DNA of 64,000 nt from an uncultured Chloroflexia bacterium (GTDB lineage: Bacteria > Chloroflexota > Limnocylindria > Limnocylindrales > CSP1-4). Position 1 is the stretch's first letter; each line of letters starts with the position of its first letter. The stretch is from assembly GCA_963813335.1 (NCBI GenBank), contig CAWEYL010000001.1, positions 1,024,001-1,088,000 on the forward strand, in the 5' to 3' direction. Of the stretch, positions 39,477-48,349 are shown piece by piece. The notes below the pieces were generated by a model, which worked only from the letters and a program-made list of their open reading frames with translations, had not been told where the DNA came from and did no database searches. The position numbers and the translations under genes are program-made.

Positions 39477-41672
39477 CTAGGACGCCCGCCGGGTCCGGCG
39501 ACCCACGAAATCCACGAGCACGTACTCGCCGAGGTGCTCCGGCGAGGCGTAGAACGCCCGCCCCCGGTTCAGCCGCGTCATATGGGCGACGAACTCGGCG
39601 AGCGCCCGCGAGCGCTCCAGCATGAACGTGTTGATGGTGATGCCGTCCTTCGTGCAGCGCTGCACCTCGCGGAGCGTCTCGCTGATCGTCCGCCGCGTCG
39701 GCGGGTAGCTGAACTCGACCTGCCCGTTCTCGAAATGCGCGGTCGGCTCGCCGTCCGTGATCACCACGATCTCCTTGTTGGCCGCGGCCTCGCGCGCCAG
39801 GATCCGACGGGCCAGGAGCAGGCCGTGCTGGAGGTTCGTGCCGTATTCGTAGCCGTGCCAGGTCAGCTCAGTGAGGGCACCCGGGCGGATCTCGCGGGCG
39901 TAGTAGGCGAAGCCGATGACCGTCAGGTGATCGTGTGGGTACTGCGTCCGGATGAGGGTGTCGAGCGCGACCGCGACCTTCTTGGCGGCGAGGAAGCAGC
40001 CGCGCAGGAGCATGGAGCGGCTCATGTCGACCAGCAGGACCGTCGCCGTCCGGGTCAGCTCCTCCGTGCGGTACACCTCGAAGTCGGGCGGGCGGAGCCG
40101 GACGGCCCGCGCCGCTGCCCCCTCCAGCCCGCGGCGGGTCGCGGGCGCGTTCTCCTCGCGGGCCAGCGCGTTGCTCAGGGTCGAGCGCAGGTCGAGGTGG
40201 AACGGGTCGCCGAACTCGTAGGGCTTGGTGGTCTCCTCGCGTTCGCCGCCGCGCCCGGAGCGGTCGGCCCGATGGCCGCCGAACGCGTCGCGTCGGAGCC
40301 GCGCGAAGAGGTCGTCGAGGACCTTCTGGCCGATCCGCCGGCTGCCGCGCGGCGTGAGCTCGAGCCGCTCCCCGTCGCGGGTCAGGTAGCCGGCCGCCTC
40401 GAGCCGGCGGGCGAGCGCATCGAGGGCGTCGAGATCGCGGACGGCGTCGTCGCCGAGCAGGTCGCGGACCTCGTCGCGGTCGAGCCGGCCCAGGTCGTCG
40501 GGGCCCTCGACGTCCGAGAGCGCGTCGCCGAGGCGGTCCATCGCGGCCAGCTGGTCGATCCGCGCGAGCGCCCCCGCGAGCCCGAGCGGCTCGTCGCCGC
40601 TGAACGGCAGCCGCTCCCCCAGTCCGCCCGGGAGGAGGAGGTCGAGGTTCGACGCCAGCTCGGCGAGGTCGACCAGCAGGCGGTCGTCCTGGAGCAGCGC
40701 CTCCATCATCGACTGGAGCTCGGCCCGCTGCTCGGGGCTCATCGAGCGCAGCAGCGACTGCATGGCGGCCATCCGCGCCGCCAGCTGCTCGATGATGTCG
40801 TCGAAGGTCCGGGCGCCCGGGAAGAACGCGCCGTGCTTCGCGAGGAATGCCGAGACGTCCGGGTCGGCGCCGCCGATGCGCTGGCGGATGAGGTCGTTGA
40901 GATCGCGGACCATCTCGCGGTTCGCCGCGAGGTCCTCGGGGCGCATCGAGCGGATCGCGTCCGACATCCCGCTCACGTACTGGTCGAGCATCTGCTGGCC
41001 GAGGCGCGCCACGAGGTCGTCGAAGCGCTGGCGCGCCTCCGGCTCGAGGAAGTCGTACTCGCGCAGGCCGCCGATCCGCTCGCCGATGTCCGCCGGGAGG
41101 GCGTCGAGCTGGTCGAGCCGCTTCGCGGCGACGTCGCGGAGCATCCGGCGCAGGGCGGGATCGGCCGTCGCCTGGTCGGCCGTCGCGTCGCTCCCCGGAT
41201 CGGACGAGCGGTCGCCATCTCCGGGCGGACCGTCCTCGGCGGCATCGAGCCGCCGCTCCACGCCCGCCCGCTCCTGCGCGACGATCTCGTCGAGCTCGCG
41301 GCGGATGTCGCCCAGGACGTCGCCGAGCCCATAGCGCTCGAGCATCGCCTCGCGCCGGCGCTCGAGACGGTCCATCAGGTCGCGCAACCCCGCGAGGTCG
41401 CCGCGCGTCGGGTCGCCGGTCCGCCAGCCGCGGTCCATCAGGCGGCGCAGCGCTTCGGCGAGGTCGCCCTCGGCCATGACGTCGTCGGCCAGCGCGTCGA
41501 GGATCTCGTCGGCGTCGAGGTCGGCGACCTGCTGGCTCCCGTCCCAGCGCGAGAACCGCGCCTGGCGGGCCAGCGCGATGTCGGCGGCGCGGCGGGCGGA
41601 CGCAGCCGACGGCGGCGTCCCCGGCTGTGCGCCCGGGCCGAGGTCGGCGGGGTCCGGCGAGAAGGCGGTCAT
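39477..41672 (-). CDS. VWA domain-containing protein (Rv0959-like)
   Basis: RFSRWDGSQ; MIDAS elements LLVDMSRSM, TNLQHGL and ITDGEPTAH. Confidence 0.9.
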   Translation of the reverse strand: MTAFSPDPADLGPGAQPGTPPSAASARRAADIALARQARFSRWDGSQQVADLDADEILDALADDVMAEGDLAEALRRLMDRGWRTGDPTRGDLAGLRDLMDRLERRREAMLERYGLGDVLGDIRRELDEIVAQERAGVERRLDAAEDGPPGDGDRSSDPGSDATADQATADPALRRMLRDVAAKRLDQLDALPADIGERIGGLREYDFLEPEARQRFDDLVARLGQQMLDQYVSGMSDAIRSMRPEDLAANREMVRDLNDLIRQRIGGADPDVSAFLAKHGAFFPGARTFDDIIEQLAARMAAMQSLLRSMSPEQRAELQSMMEALLQDDRLLVDLAELASNLDLLLPGGLGERLPFSGDEPLGLAGALARIDQLAAMDRLGDALSDVEGPDDLGRLDRDEVRDLLGDDAVRDLDALDALARRLEAAGYLTRDGERLELTPRGSRRIGQKVLDDLFARLRRDAFGGHRADRSGRGGEREETTKPYEFGDPFHLDLRSTLSNALAREENAPATRRGLEGAAARAVRLRPPDFEVYRTEELTRTATVLLVDMSRSMLLRGCFLAAKKVAVALDTLIRTQYPHDHLTVIGFAYYAREIRPGALTELTWHGYEYGTNLQHGLLLARRILAREAAANKEIVVITDGEPTAHFENGQVEFSYPPTRRTISETLREVQRCTKDGITINTFMLERSRALAEFVAHMTRLNRGRAFYASPEHLGEYVLVDFVGRRTRRAS

Positions 41673-41688
41673 CGGCCAGCGGCCCGGG

Positions 41689-43125
41689 TCATCGGTGGTA
41701 GACCACGCCGCCGGCGATGCGCTCCTTGTTGATGCGCCGGGCGAGGTGCAGCCCCTCGAGCAGGAACTCGACCGCCGAGGCGACCACCGCGGGCTCCTCG
41801 GCGCCGTCGGTGACGTCGTACGCCCCGAGCCGGTCGACCGCCTGGCTCATCCCGGGGACCTCGCGCATCCAGGCGACGTACTCCTTCGAGGGCGTGCGCT
41901 CGCCGGTCTCGACCACGAACCCATCCTCGAACGCCTCGACGACGGACTCGAGCGACTCGAGCTCGACGTGGCGGGTGAAGGTCGCGTACAGCGCCTTCGT
42001 GATCAGCCGCTCGACGATGCGGTCCTCCGGCGCGTCGTCGCCGACCGACTCGAGCTCGATCTTGCCGACGGTCGAGGCCACGACCGCGCCCAGGTCGGAC
42101 ACCCGCGGCGCCGCCAGCGGCTCGCCGAGGCGGACCGCGCGCTTGAGCGCCGCCGCCTCGAGGACCTCGAGGTTCGAGACCGAGACGCGGACGCTGACGC
42201 CGGAGCGCTGGCTGATCTCCGGGGACCGCCGAGCCAGGTGCGTCAGCTCGGCGAGCAGCTCCTCCATGAACGGCGGCGTCACGACGCCGGGCACGCCCTC
42301 CTCGACGCCGAACCGGCGCTTCTCCTGGCGGACGATCGCCATCTCGTCGGCGAGCGTACGCGGGTAGTGCGTCCGGATCTGCGACCCGAGGCGGTCCTTG
42401 AGCGGCGTGATGATGCGGCCGCGAGAGGTGTAGTCCTCCGGGTTGGCGGACGCGACGACGAAGAGGTCGAGCGGCAGCCGAACGACGAAGCCGCGGATCT
42501 GGACGTCACGCTCCTCGAGGATGTTGAGGAGGCCAACCTGGATCCGCTCGGCCAGGTCGGGCAGCTCGTTGATGGCCACGATCCCGCGGTTCGCCCGCGG
42601 GATCAGCCCGTAGTGGAGGGTCAGCTCGTCCGACAGGTAGCGCCCCTCGGCGACCTTGATCGGGTCGACCTCGCCGATCAGGTCCGCGATCGTGATGTCG
42701 GGGGTCGCGAGCTTCTCCGCGTAGCGCCGGTCGCGCCCGATCCAGGCGATGGCGGTCGCGTCGCCGTCCCGCTCGACGATGGCCCGAGCCGCCGGGCTGA
42801 TCGGGGCGAACGGGTCGTCGTTGAGCTCGCCGCCGGCGACGACCGGCAGCGAGTCGTCGAGGAGGCCGACGAGCGCGCGCGCCATCCGTGTCTTGGCCTG
42901 ACCGCGCTCGCCGAGGAAGACGAGGTCCTGGCCGGCGAGGATCGCGTTCTCGATCGCCGGTACCACGGAGTCGTCGAACCCGACCACGCCGGGCAGGACG
43001 GGCGTCCCCGCCGCGAGGCGGGCCAGAAGGTTGGCGCGGAGTTCGTCCTTGACCGTGCGCGAGCGCCAGCCGGAGGCGCGAAGCTCGGCGAGGGTCGTGG
43101 GGAGCGTCGGCTGGCGAGCGGGCAT
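41689..43125 (-). CDS. AAA+ ATPase, Mg-chelatase/MoxR-like (Rv0958-like)
   Basis: GERGQAKT, DLIGEVDPIKVAEGR, NELPDL, ANPEDYTSRGRIITPLKDR. Confidence 0.92.
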   Translation of the reverse strand: MPARQPTLPTTLAELRASGWRSRTVKDELRANLLARLAAGTPVLPGVVGFDDSVVPAIENAILAGQDLVFLGERGQAKTRMARALVGLLDDSLPVVAGGELNDDPFAPISPAARAIVERDGDATAIAWIGRDRRYAEKLATPDITIADLIGEVDPIKVAEGRYLSDELTLHYGLIPRANRGIVAINELPDLAERIQVGLLNILEERDVQIRGFVVRLPLDLFVVASANPEDYTSRGRIITPLKDRLGSQIRTHYPRTLADEMAIVRQEKRRFGVEEGVPGVVTPPFMEELLAELTHLARRSPEISQRSGVSVRVSVSNLEVLEAAALKRAVRLGEPLAAPRVSDLGAVVASTVGKIELESVGDDAPEDRIVERLITKALYATFTRHVELESLESVVEAFEDGFVVETGERTPSKEYVAWMREVPGMSQAVDRLGAYDVTDGAEEPAVVASAVEFLLEGLHLARRINKERIAGGVVYHR

Positions 43126-43134
43126 CGGGGGTCC

Positions 43135-44055
43135 TCAGTGCGGCGCGTGGGTCGTGGGCGACGGAGCCTGGTCGGTCATTCGGTGGTCGGCGATGGCGAG
43201 GCGCACCGCATCGACGCTGGTCATCCCGGCGGCGGCGAGCGCGCCCAGGAGCTCGCGGCGACGGGCTTCCTCGGCCTCGAAGTCGCCCGGCCGACGCCCG
43301 GCGCGCCCGGCCAGCTCGGGCGTGATGCCCCAGCCGAAGTGCTCGAAGGCGTCGCGGCTCGGGTCCCATGTCGCAAGTACGGCCGGGCCCAGGCGCTGGA
43401 TGTGGCCGTGCATGTCGCGGACCGTCGGGCGCACGTAGTGGGCCGCAGCGATCCGCCGGCGCCCGTCGGGGAGCGCCCGGAGCAGCACGACCACGCCGAG
43501 CCGCGAGAGCTCGTCGTCGCCCAGGAGGACCGGCGGGCGCTGCAGCGACCCGAACACGTCCTCGAGCGAGTCGCCGTGGATGGTCGCGGCGAGCCCGTAC
43601 CCGACGGACACGGCGCGGATAGCCAGCCTCGCCTCGGCGCCCCACGTGTACGACGGCAGGTGGTCCGAGAGTTCCGCGGCGAGCAGCACGGTGGTGGCCG
43701 GCTGGACCGGGGGCACGCCGCTCGGCGCGGCCGGGGCGGCATCGCCGCGCGTCCGGTTCCACCCCAGCTCGGTCGCCTGGGGCAGCCAGTCGAAGGTCTC
43801 GTCCGCACCGCTCAACTCGACAGTCCGGACGCCCGGCGGCATGAAGTCGAGCAGCGCGCCTAGCAACGTCGACTTGCCGACGCCGTGGCCCTCGGCGGCC
43901 ACGATGATCGGGACCCGGGCCTCGACCAGGAGCCACAGGGTCGCCGCCAGCTGCGCGTCGAGCGTGCCCGCCCGGATCAGCTCCACGATGGAGCGGGGCT
44001 CGGGCGGGAGCGGGCGGAAGGCCCACCGTCCCGGCGACGGGGAGGCGTCGGCCAT
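43135..44055 (-). CDS. Stand-alone VirB11/CpaF-like P-loop ATPase
   Basis: ELIRAGTLD..LA..LWLL, Walker A AEGHGVGKST, VLLAAEL and His-box-like ATIHGDS. Confidence 0.75.
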   Translation of the reverse strand: MADASPSPGRWAFRPLPPEPRSIVELIRAGTLDAQLAATLWLLVEARVPIIVAAEGHGVGKSTLLGALLDFMPPGVRTVELSGADETFDWLPQATELGWNRTRGDAAPAAPSGVPPVQPATTVLLAAELSDHLPSYTWGAEARLAIRAVSVGYGLAATIHGDSLEDVFGSLQRPPVLLGDDELSRLGVVVLLRALPDGRRRIAAAHYVRPTVRDMHGHIQRLGPAVLATWDPSRDAFEHFGWGITPELAGRAGRRPGDFEAEEARRRELLGALAAAGMTSVDAVRLAIADHRMTDQAPSPTTHAPH

Positions 44056-44100
44056 CGGTGACTCCGGACGTTCGATGCGGGGGGCGCGGCTCGGGACGGC

Positions 44101-44129
44101 AGCGTACGGCCGCCTCCGGAGAGCGTCAA
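44101..44129 (-). promoter_or_regulatory. Sigma70-type promoter for the ATPase-AAA-VWA operon
   Basis: Minus strand TTGACG-N17-TACGCT. Confidence 0.55.
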
Positions 44130-44282
44130 ACGGCGCCTCACGGGGCGCGGCGCGGGGTGCCGTGCGGATCGACCCCCGGACCTCCGGCCACGCTGGACCG
44201 TACGGATTTCCCGGACCGGTCCAGGACCCGGCGCACCTAGCCTTGCGAGAACGTCGCCGGCAACGCAGGGGAGCGCTCATCG

Positions 44283-45419
44283 ATGGACGGGTCCCGCTTG
44301 TCCTCGGCCCTGTTCTGCGAGCAGTGCGGCCTTGACCGGGACTCGCTTGGCGACGAGTCGATCTCCCCGTTCCGCGAGTGTCCTGCGTGCGCGCGCGCCG
44401 TCTGTCCGAACTGCTGGAACCTCGTCCGCGCCGCCTGCCTCCGTTGCGCGCCATTCAGCCTCGCGACCCGGGCCCCGAGCACGGTCGTCCCGCTCAGCGC
44501 GGTGGCACCCGCCGCAACGGCGGATCCCGCGTCGGCCGCGACACGGACCTCGAAGCTGCCCCGCCGAGGCAAGGGCTCGAAGGCGGCCGCCGCCGGGGCC
44601 GTGACGGCCAAGGCCGCAGGAACGGTCGGCGCCGCTCCGGCCGCCACCAGGACACCGGTCCCGATCTCGCCGCCGGTCGAGCGCGATGTCTCCTGGCCGG
44701 TCCGTGCCGGCAGCACGGCCGTCGACACGCCGTGGCCCGCGATGGGCAGCGCGCCGCAGCCGATCAAGGCGCCCGTCCGCCCGAACCGGGTGACGGCGCG
44801 CCGGCGCGGCCGATCGGGCGGGTTCACCGCGGCCGCCGGGATGGTCGTCGTGCTCGTGGCCATGTTCGGCGTGGCCGGGCTGGCGCTGGCGGCGTTCGGG
44901 CGGCTGCCGGCCGCGGGACCCGGCGGGCATCCGCCTGCGACCCAGACCCCGACCCAGCCGGACGGTTCCGCGCCCGGATCCGCGCCGATCGTGGCCCTCC
45001 CCACAGGCGGGACGACGACCGACCCGGTGTCCACAGGGGTGCCGGACACGACCGGCACGAGCGGCCCGGGCGGCAACACCGGCGGCCCGGGGACGCCGGG
45101 GACCCATGGCGCGCCGGGAGCGACCGTTCGGCCGGACGGCTCCACGCCGAAGCCGTTCACGACACCGGGAGCGACCGCCACGGCGACCGCGACTGCGACG
45201 CCCACGGCGGAGCCGACGCCGACCCCCACACCGGAGCCCACCGAGGCGCCGACACCGACGCCGACACCACCACCGGACCCGACGCCGGAGCCGACCGAGG
45301 TGCCGACACCGACACCGACACCACCCCCGGACCCGGATCCGACGCCCACCAACGCCCCCCAGCCCGAACACGACACCAGCTGGCAGGGTCCGCGGCTACC
45401 ATCGAGGGATGGCCGCTGA
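44283..45419 (+). CDS. Hypothetical bitopic protein: N-terminal 8-Cys zinc finger, TM, Pro/Thr-rich tail
   Basis: CEQC, CPAC, CPNC, CLRC; TM MVVVLVAMFGVAGLALAAF; PT repeats; GGGGAG RBS. Confidence 0.7.
   Translation: MDGSRLSSALFCEQCGLDRDSLGDESISPFRECPACARAVCPNCWNLVRAACLRCAPFSLATRAPSTVVPLSAVAPAATADPASAATRTSKLPRRGKGSKAAAAGAVTAKAAGTVGAAPAATRTPVPISPPVERDVSWPVRAGSTAVDTPWPAMGSAPQPIKAPVRPNRVTARRRGRSGGFTAAAGMVVVLVAMFGVAGLALAAFGRLPAAGPGGHPPATQTPTQPDGSAPGSAPIVALPTGGTTTDPVSTGVPDTTGTSGPGGNTGGPGTPGTHGAPGATVRPDGSTPKPFTTPGATATATATATPTAEPTPTPTPEPTEAPTPTPTPPPDPTPEPTEVPTPTPTPPPDPDPTPTNAPQPEHDTSWQGPRLPSRDGR
45170..45360 (+). repeat. Coding PT/PEPTE tandem repeats
   Basis: Two near-identical units ccggagcc(c/g)accgagg(c/t)gccgacaccgac...ccggaccc. 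Confidence 0.75.
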
Positions 45420-46029
45420 GGACCCGGACCTCGAGATCGTCCCGCTGACCACGGAACGGTTCGCGGATCTCGCCGTCCTGTTCGAGGAAGGTGGCGATCC
45501 CCGCTGGTGCTGGTGCACCTACTTCCGCGTCCGCGGCCGCGACTGGACGAACTCGACCGCGGCCACGAACCGCGCGGAGCTCGAGTCGCGGGCCGCCGAC
45601 GATCCGCCTGCGGGCCTGGTCGCCTACGCGGGCGACCGCGCGGTCGGCTGGGTCAGTCTCGGGCCACGCGAGAGCTACGAGCGGATCGCCGCGTCGCGTG
45701 TCCTCGCGCCCGTCGATGCGCGCCCCGCCTGGTCCATCGTCTGCTTCGTCGTGTCGCGGACGGCCCGCGGTCGCGGCGTCGCCCGGGCCCTCCTCGACGC
45801 GGCCATCGAGCACGCGACGGCGCACGGCGCGACGCTCCTGGAGGCCTACCCGCTCGACACGGAGGGCGGTCGAGTCCCGTCCGCGCACGTCTATCGCGGC
45901 ACGCTCAGGATGTTCCGGGCCGCGGGATTCACCGAGGTGGCGCGACGCCGTGCGAACGCGACGGCGCCGGAACGGCCCATCGTCCGGCTCGAGATCCGAG
46001 CCGGCCCTACGTCATCCGTCCCGTCCTGA
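45409..46029 (+). CDS. GNAT family N-acetyltransferase
   Basis: CWC..FR, VGWVSLGPR, CFVV....RGRGVA, LEAYP. Confidence 0.9.
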   Translation: MAAEDPDLEIVPLTTERFADLAVLFEEGGDPRWCWCTYFRVRGRDWTNSTAATNRAELESRAADDPPAGLVAYAGDRAVGWVSLGPRESYERIAASRVLAPVDARPAWSIVCFVVSRTARGRGVARALLDAAIEHATAHGATLLEAYPLDTEGGRVPSAHVYRGTLRMFRAAGFTEVARRRANATAPERPIVRLEIRAGPTSSVPS

Positions 46030-46048
46030 CGCACGTCGTCCGCCCGGG

Positions 46049-46078
46049 TTGACACGGCTCCGTCACGCCGCCTAGACT
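46049..46078 (+). promoter_or_regulatory. Sigma70-type promoter
   Basis: TTGACA-N18-TAGACT. Confidence 0.75.
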
Positions 46079-46135
46079 GCCGGCTGGCGTGCATGTCGCC
46101 CGCCCTCGTCTAGCTCTCTTGGAGGGTCCCTCCAT

Positions 46136-46219
46136 ATGACGATGCTCCTCAGCTTCCGGCACACGCCGGCGCCCATCGGCGTCGACGCGAGCGGGAGATC
46201 TGTGCCCATCTCGAGCTAG
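46136..46219 (+). CDS. Putative attenuator leader peptide (27 aa, MTMLLSFRHTPAPIGVDASGRSVPISS)
   Basis: GGAGG at 46121-46125; lies between the promoter and an intrinsic terminator; its 3' end is complementary to the terminator's 5' arm. Confidence 0.65.
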   Translation: MTMLLSFRHTPAPIGVDASGRSVPISS

Positions 46220-46255
46220 CCGCAGGCGGCAGGACCGCCTTCCGGACAGACCACG

Positions 46256-46288
46256 AGCCGTGGGCCAGATCGGGCCCCCGGCTTTTTT
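46256..46288 (+). terminator. Intrinsic terminator in the 5' leader (attenuator)
   Basis: AGCCG-T-GGGCC/loop/GGCCC-C-CGGCT followed by TTTTT, about 130 nt upstream of the ABC ATPase start. Confidence 0.8.
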
Positions 46289-46419
46289 GATGCCCTTCCC
46301 CGCCCTCCAGGCGGACCAGCTGGACACCACGAGCCGCGAGGCCCACCCCGACCAGGTCGGAGGCGAGCCCGCGGCTCGTCCCGTTCCAGCCCTCCACCCG
46401 TCCAGCCCTGGAGTCCACC

Positions 46420-47301
46420 GTGACCGCCACCGTCATCGAACAACCGAAGATCGACGCCTCGGCGATCCGTCCAGCCGTCTGGCCGGTTGCCGCCGGCGTC
46501 CCGGCCCTGCTCATCGAGCGCGTCAGCAAGCGCTTCGTGGTCGGCCGGGACAAGAAGGCCGTCGATGCCATCACCGACGTGTCGCTGCGCCTCGAGCGCG
46601 GCGACATCCACGGGATCCTCGGCGCCAACGGCTCGGGGAAGTCCACGCTCATCCGCCTCATCTCGGGCCTGCTGACCCTGGACGAGGGCCGGGTCGAGGT
46701 CTTCGGCCACGACATCGAACGCGACGAGCTCGCGGTCAAGCGCCTGATCAACCGGGTCAGCGTCGACGCCGCCTTCTTCAAGAAGCTCAGCCCGATGGAG
46801 AACCTGGTCTTCGCGGCGCGGCTCTACGGCCTCGACGGGACGACCGCCAAGCGCGATGCGATCGCGATCCTGGAACGGCTGGGCATCGGCGAGAAACGCC
46901 TCAACCGCCCCATCGAGCAGATGAGCCGGGGGATGCAGCAGAAGGTCGCCATCGCGCGAGCCCTGCTGACCAGCCCGTCCCTGCTGCTCCTGGACGAACC
47001 GACCACCGGCCTGGACCCGCGCTCGAAGCTCGAGGTCCAGACCTTCATCGAGGAGATCAACACCACCGCCGACGCGACCATCGTCCTGACGACGCATGAC
47101 CTGGCCGAGGCCGAGCGCCTCTGCGGCCGGATCACCGTCCTCAACGACGGCAAGGTCGTGGCGGAGGACACCCCCGAGGGCCTCAAGACCCTGATCGGGG
47201 ACCGCATGGGTCGAGCGCCGACCCTCGAAGACGTGTTCATGACCTACACCGGCCGTTCCCTCGACGATGACGTCGAGGAGGACGACGCCGAGATCGACTG
47301 A
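46420..47301 (+). CDS. ABC exporter ATP-binding protein (DrrA-like)
   Basis: GANGSGKST, MSRGMQQK, LLLDEPTTGLDP, TTH. Confidence 0.95.
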   Translation: MTATVIEQPKIDASAIRPAVWPVAAGVPALLIERVSKRFVVGRDKKAVDAITDVSLRLERGDIHGILGANGSGKSTLIRLISGLLTLDEGRVEVFGHDIERDELAVKRLINRVSVDAAFFKKLSPMENLVFAARLYGLDGTTAKRDAIAILERLGIGEKRLNRPIEQMSRGMQQKVAIARALLTSPSLLLLDEPTTGLDPRSKLEVQTFIEEINTTADATIVLTTHDLAEAERLCGRITVLNDGKVVAEDTPEGLKTLIGDRMGRAPTLEDVFMTYTGRSLDDDVEEDDAEID

Positions 47302-47316
47302 AAGGAGGTGATAACC

Positions 47317-47511
47317 ATGTTGTACGCCATCGAAGTCCACGCCCAGCTCGCGCACGAGCGGATCGAACGCGAGATCGCGTTCGCCGCCGAACGCCGCCGC
47401 TTCGGGCTGGACCAGCCCTCGTCCATCCGACGTGCCATCGGGCACCGATTCATCGCGATCGGTGCACGGCTCGCGTCGGAGCCCTCGCTGGAGTCGGTCC
47501 GGTCCCGCTGA
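47317..47511 (+). CDS. Small hypothetical protein (64 aa)
   Basis: Perfect AAAGGAGGTGA Shine-Dalgarno before ATG; fills the gap between the ATPase and permease genes. Confidence 0.75.
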   Translation: MLYAIEVHAQLAHERIEREIAFAAERRRFGLDQPSSIRRAIGHRFIAIGARLASEPSLESVRSR

Positions 47512-47545
47512 GGACCGGACCGACTCCCCACCTGGAGATCCTCCG

Positions 47546-48349
47546 ATGACCGTCGTCGCCCATGAGCTGAAGGCCTCCTATGCCTTCATGGAGCGCAACT
47601 TCTTCCTCACTCGCCGCTACTGGGGCTGGGAACTCGCGTTCCTGGTCTACTCGGTCGCGGGCGCGCTCTCGATCTCGCTCATCGGTGTCGACCAGGGCAG
47701 CCCCGAGCTGCTGCTGACCCTGATGGTCGGGGCGATCTTCTGGAACTACCTGTCGGTCGTCTTCAGCTGGATCGCCGAGACCGTCTCGGTCGAGCGTTGG
47801 GAGGGCACCCTCGAGTACACCTTCATGGCCCCGGTCCGGCGCTGGTCGCAGCTGGTCGGCCAGGTCTCGTACGCGATGGTGTACGGCCTGATCCACACGG
47901 CGGTGATCTTCATCGTGCTCGTGCTGTTCTTCCCGCAGCTGGACCTGAGCCACGCGAACCCGGGGACCGCCCTGACGTTCATGCTGCTCGGCTCGTTCAG
48001 CTTCGTCGGGATCGGCATGATCGCGGCCATCCTGCCGCTGCTGTACGTCGAGCGCGGCGCGCAGATGACGTTCGTGCTGCAGTCCTGCATCCTGCTCGTC
48101 AGCGGCGTCTACTACTCGGTCGAGGTCCTGCCCGAGTGGATGCAGGTGCTCTCGCGCCTGTCGCCCGCGACCTACGTCCTCGAGGGCGTGCGGGCCGGGC
48201 TCGTGCACGGCGCCCCGGTCTCCGAGCTGCTCGACGACGTCTGGCCGCTCGTCGTGATGGGCTTCGTGTTCATCCCGTTCGGGCTGTGGGCGTTCGGCCG
48301 CGCGGAGCGCTACGCCAAGCGCACCGGCAAGCTGAAGCGGGTCGGCTGA
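47546..48349 (+). CDS. ABC-2 type exporter permease
   Basis: ERWEGTLE, SGVYY....LPEWMQ......PATY..EG.R; about 6 TMs. Confidence 0.93.
   Translation: MTVVAHELKASYAFMERNFFLTRRYWGWELAFLVYSVAGALSISLIGVDQGSPELLLTLMVGAIFWNYLSVVFSWIAETVSVERWEGTLEYTFMAPVRRWSQLVGQVSYAMVYGLIHTAVIFIVLVLFFPQLDLSHANPGTALTFMLLGSFSFVGIGMIAAILPLLYVERGAQMTFVLQSCILLVSGVYYSVEVLPEWMQVLSRLSPATYVLEGVRAGLVHGAPVSELLDDVWPLVVMGFVFIPFGLWAFGRAERYAKRTGKLKRVG

Noticed and set aside
45170-45360. Repeats as a CRISPR array or non-coding repeat
   Set aside because: They are in-frame Pro/Thr coding repeats with no repeat-spacer structure; no cas genes are present.
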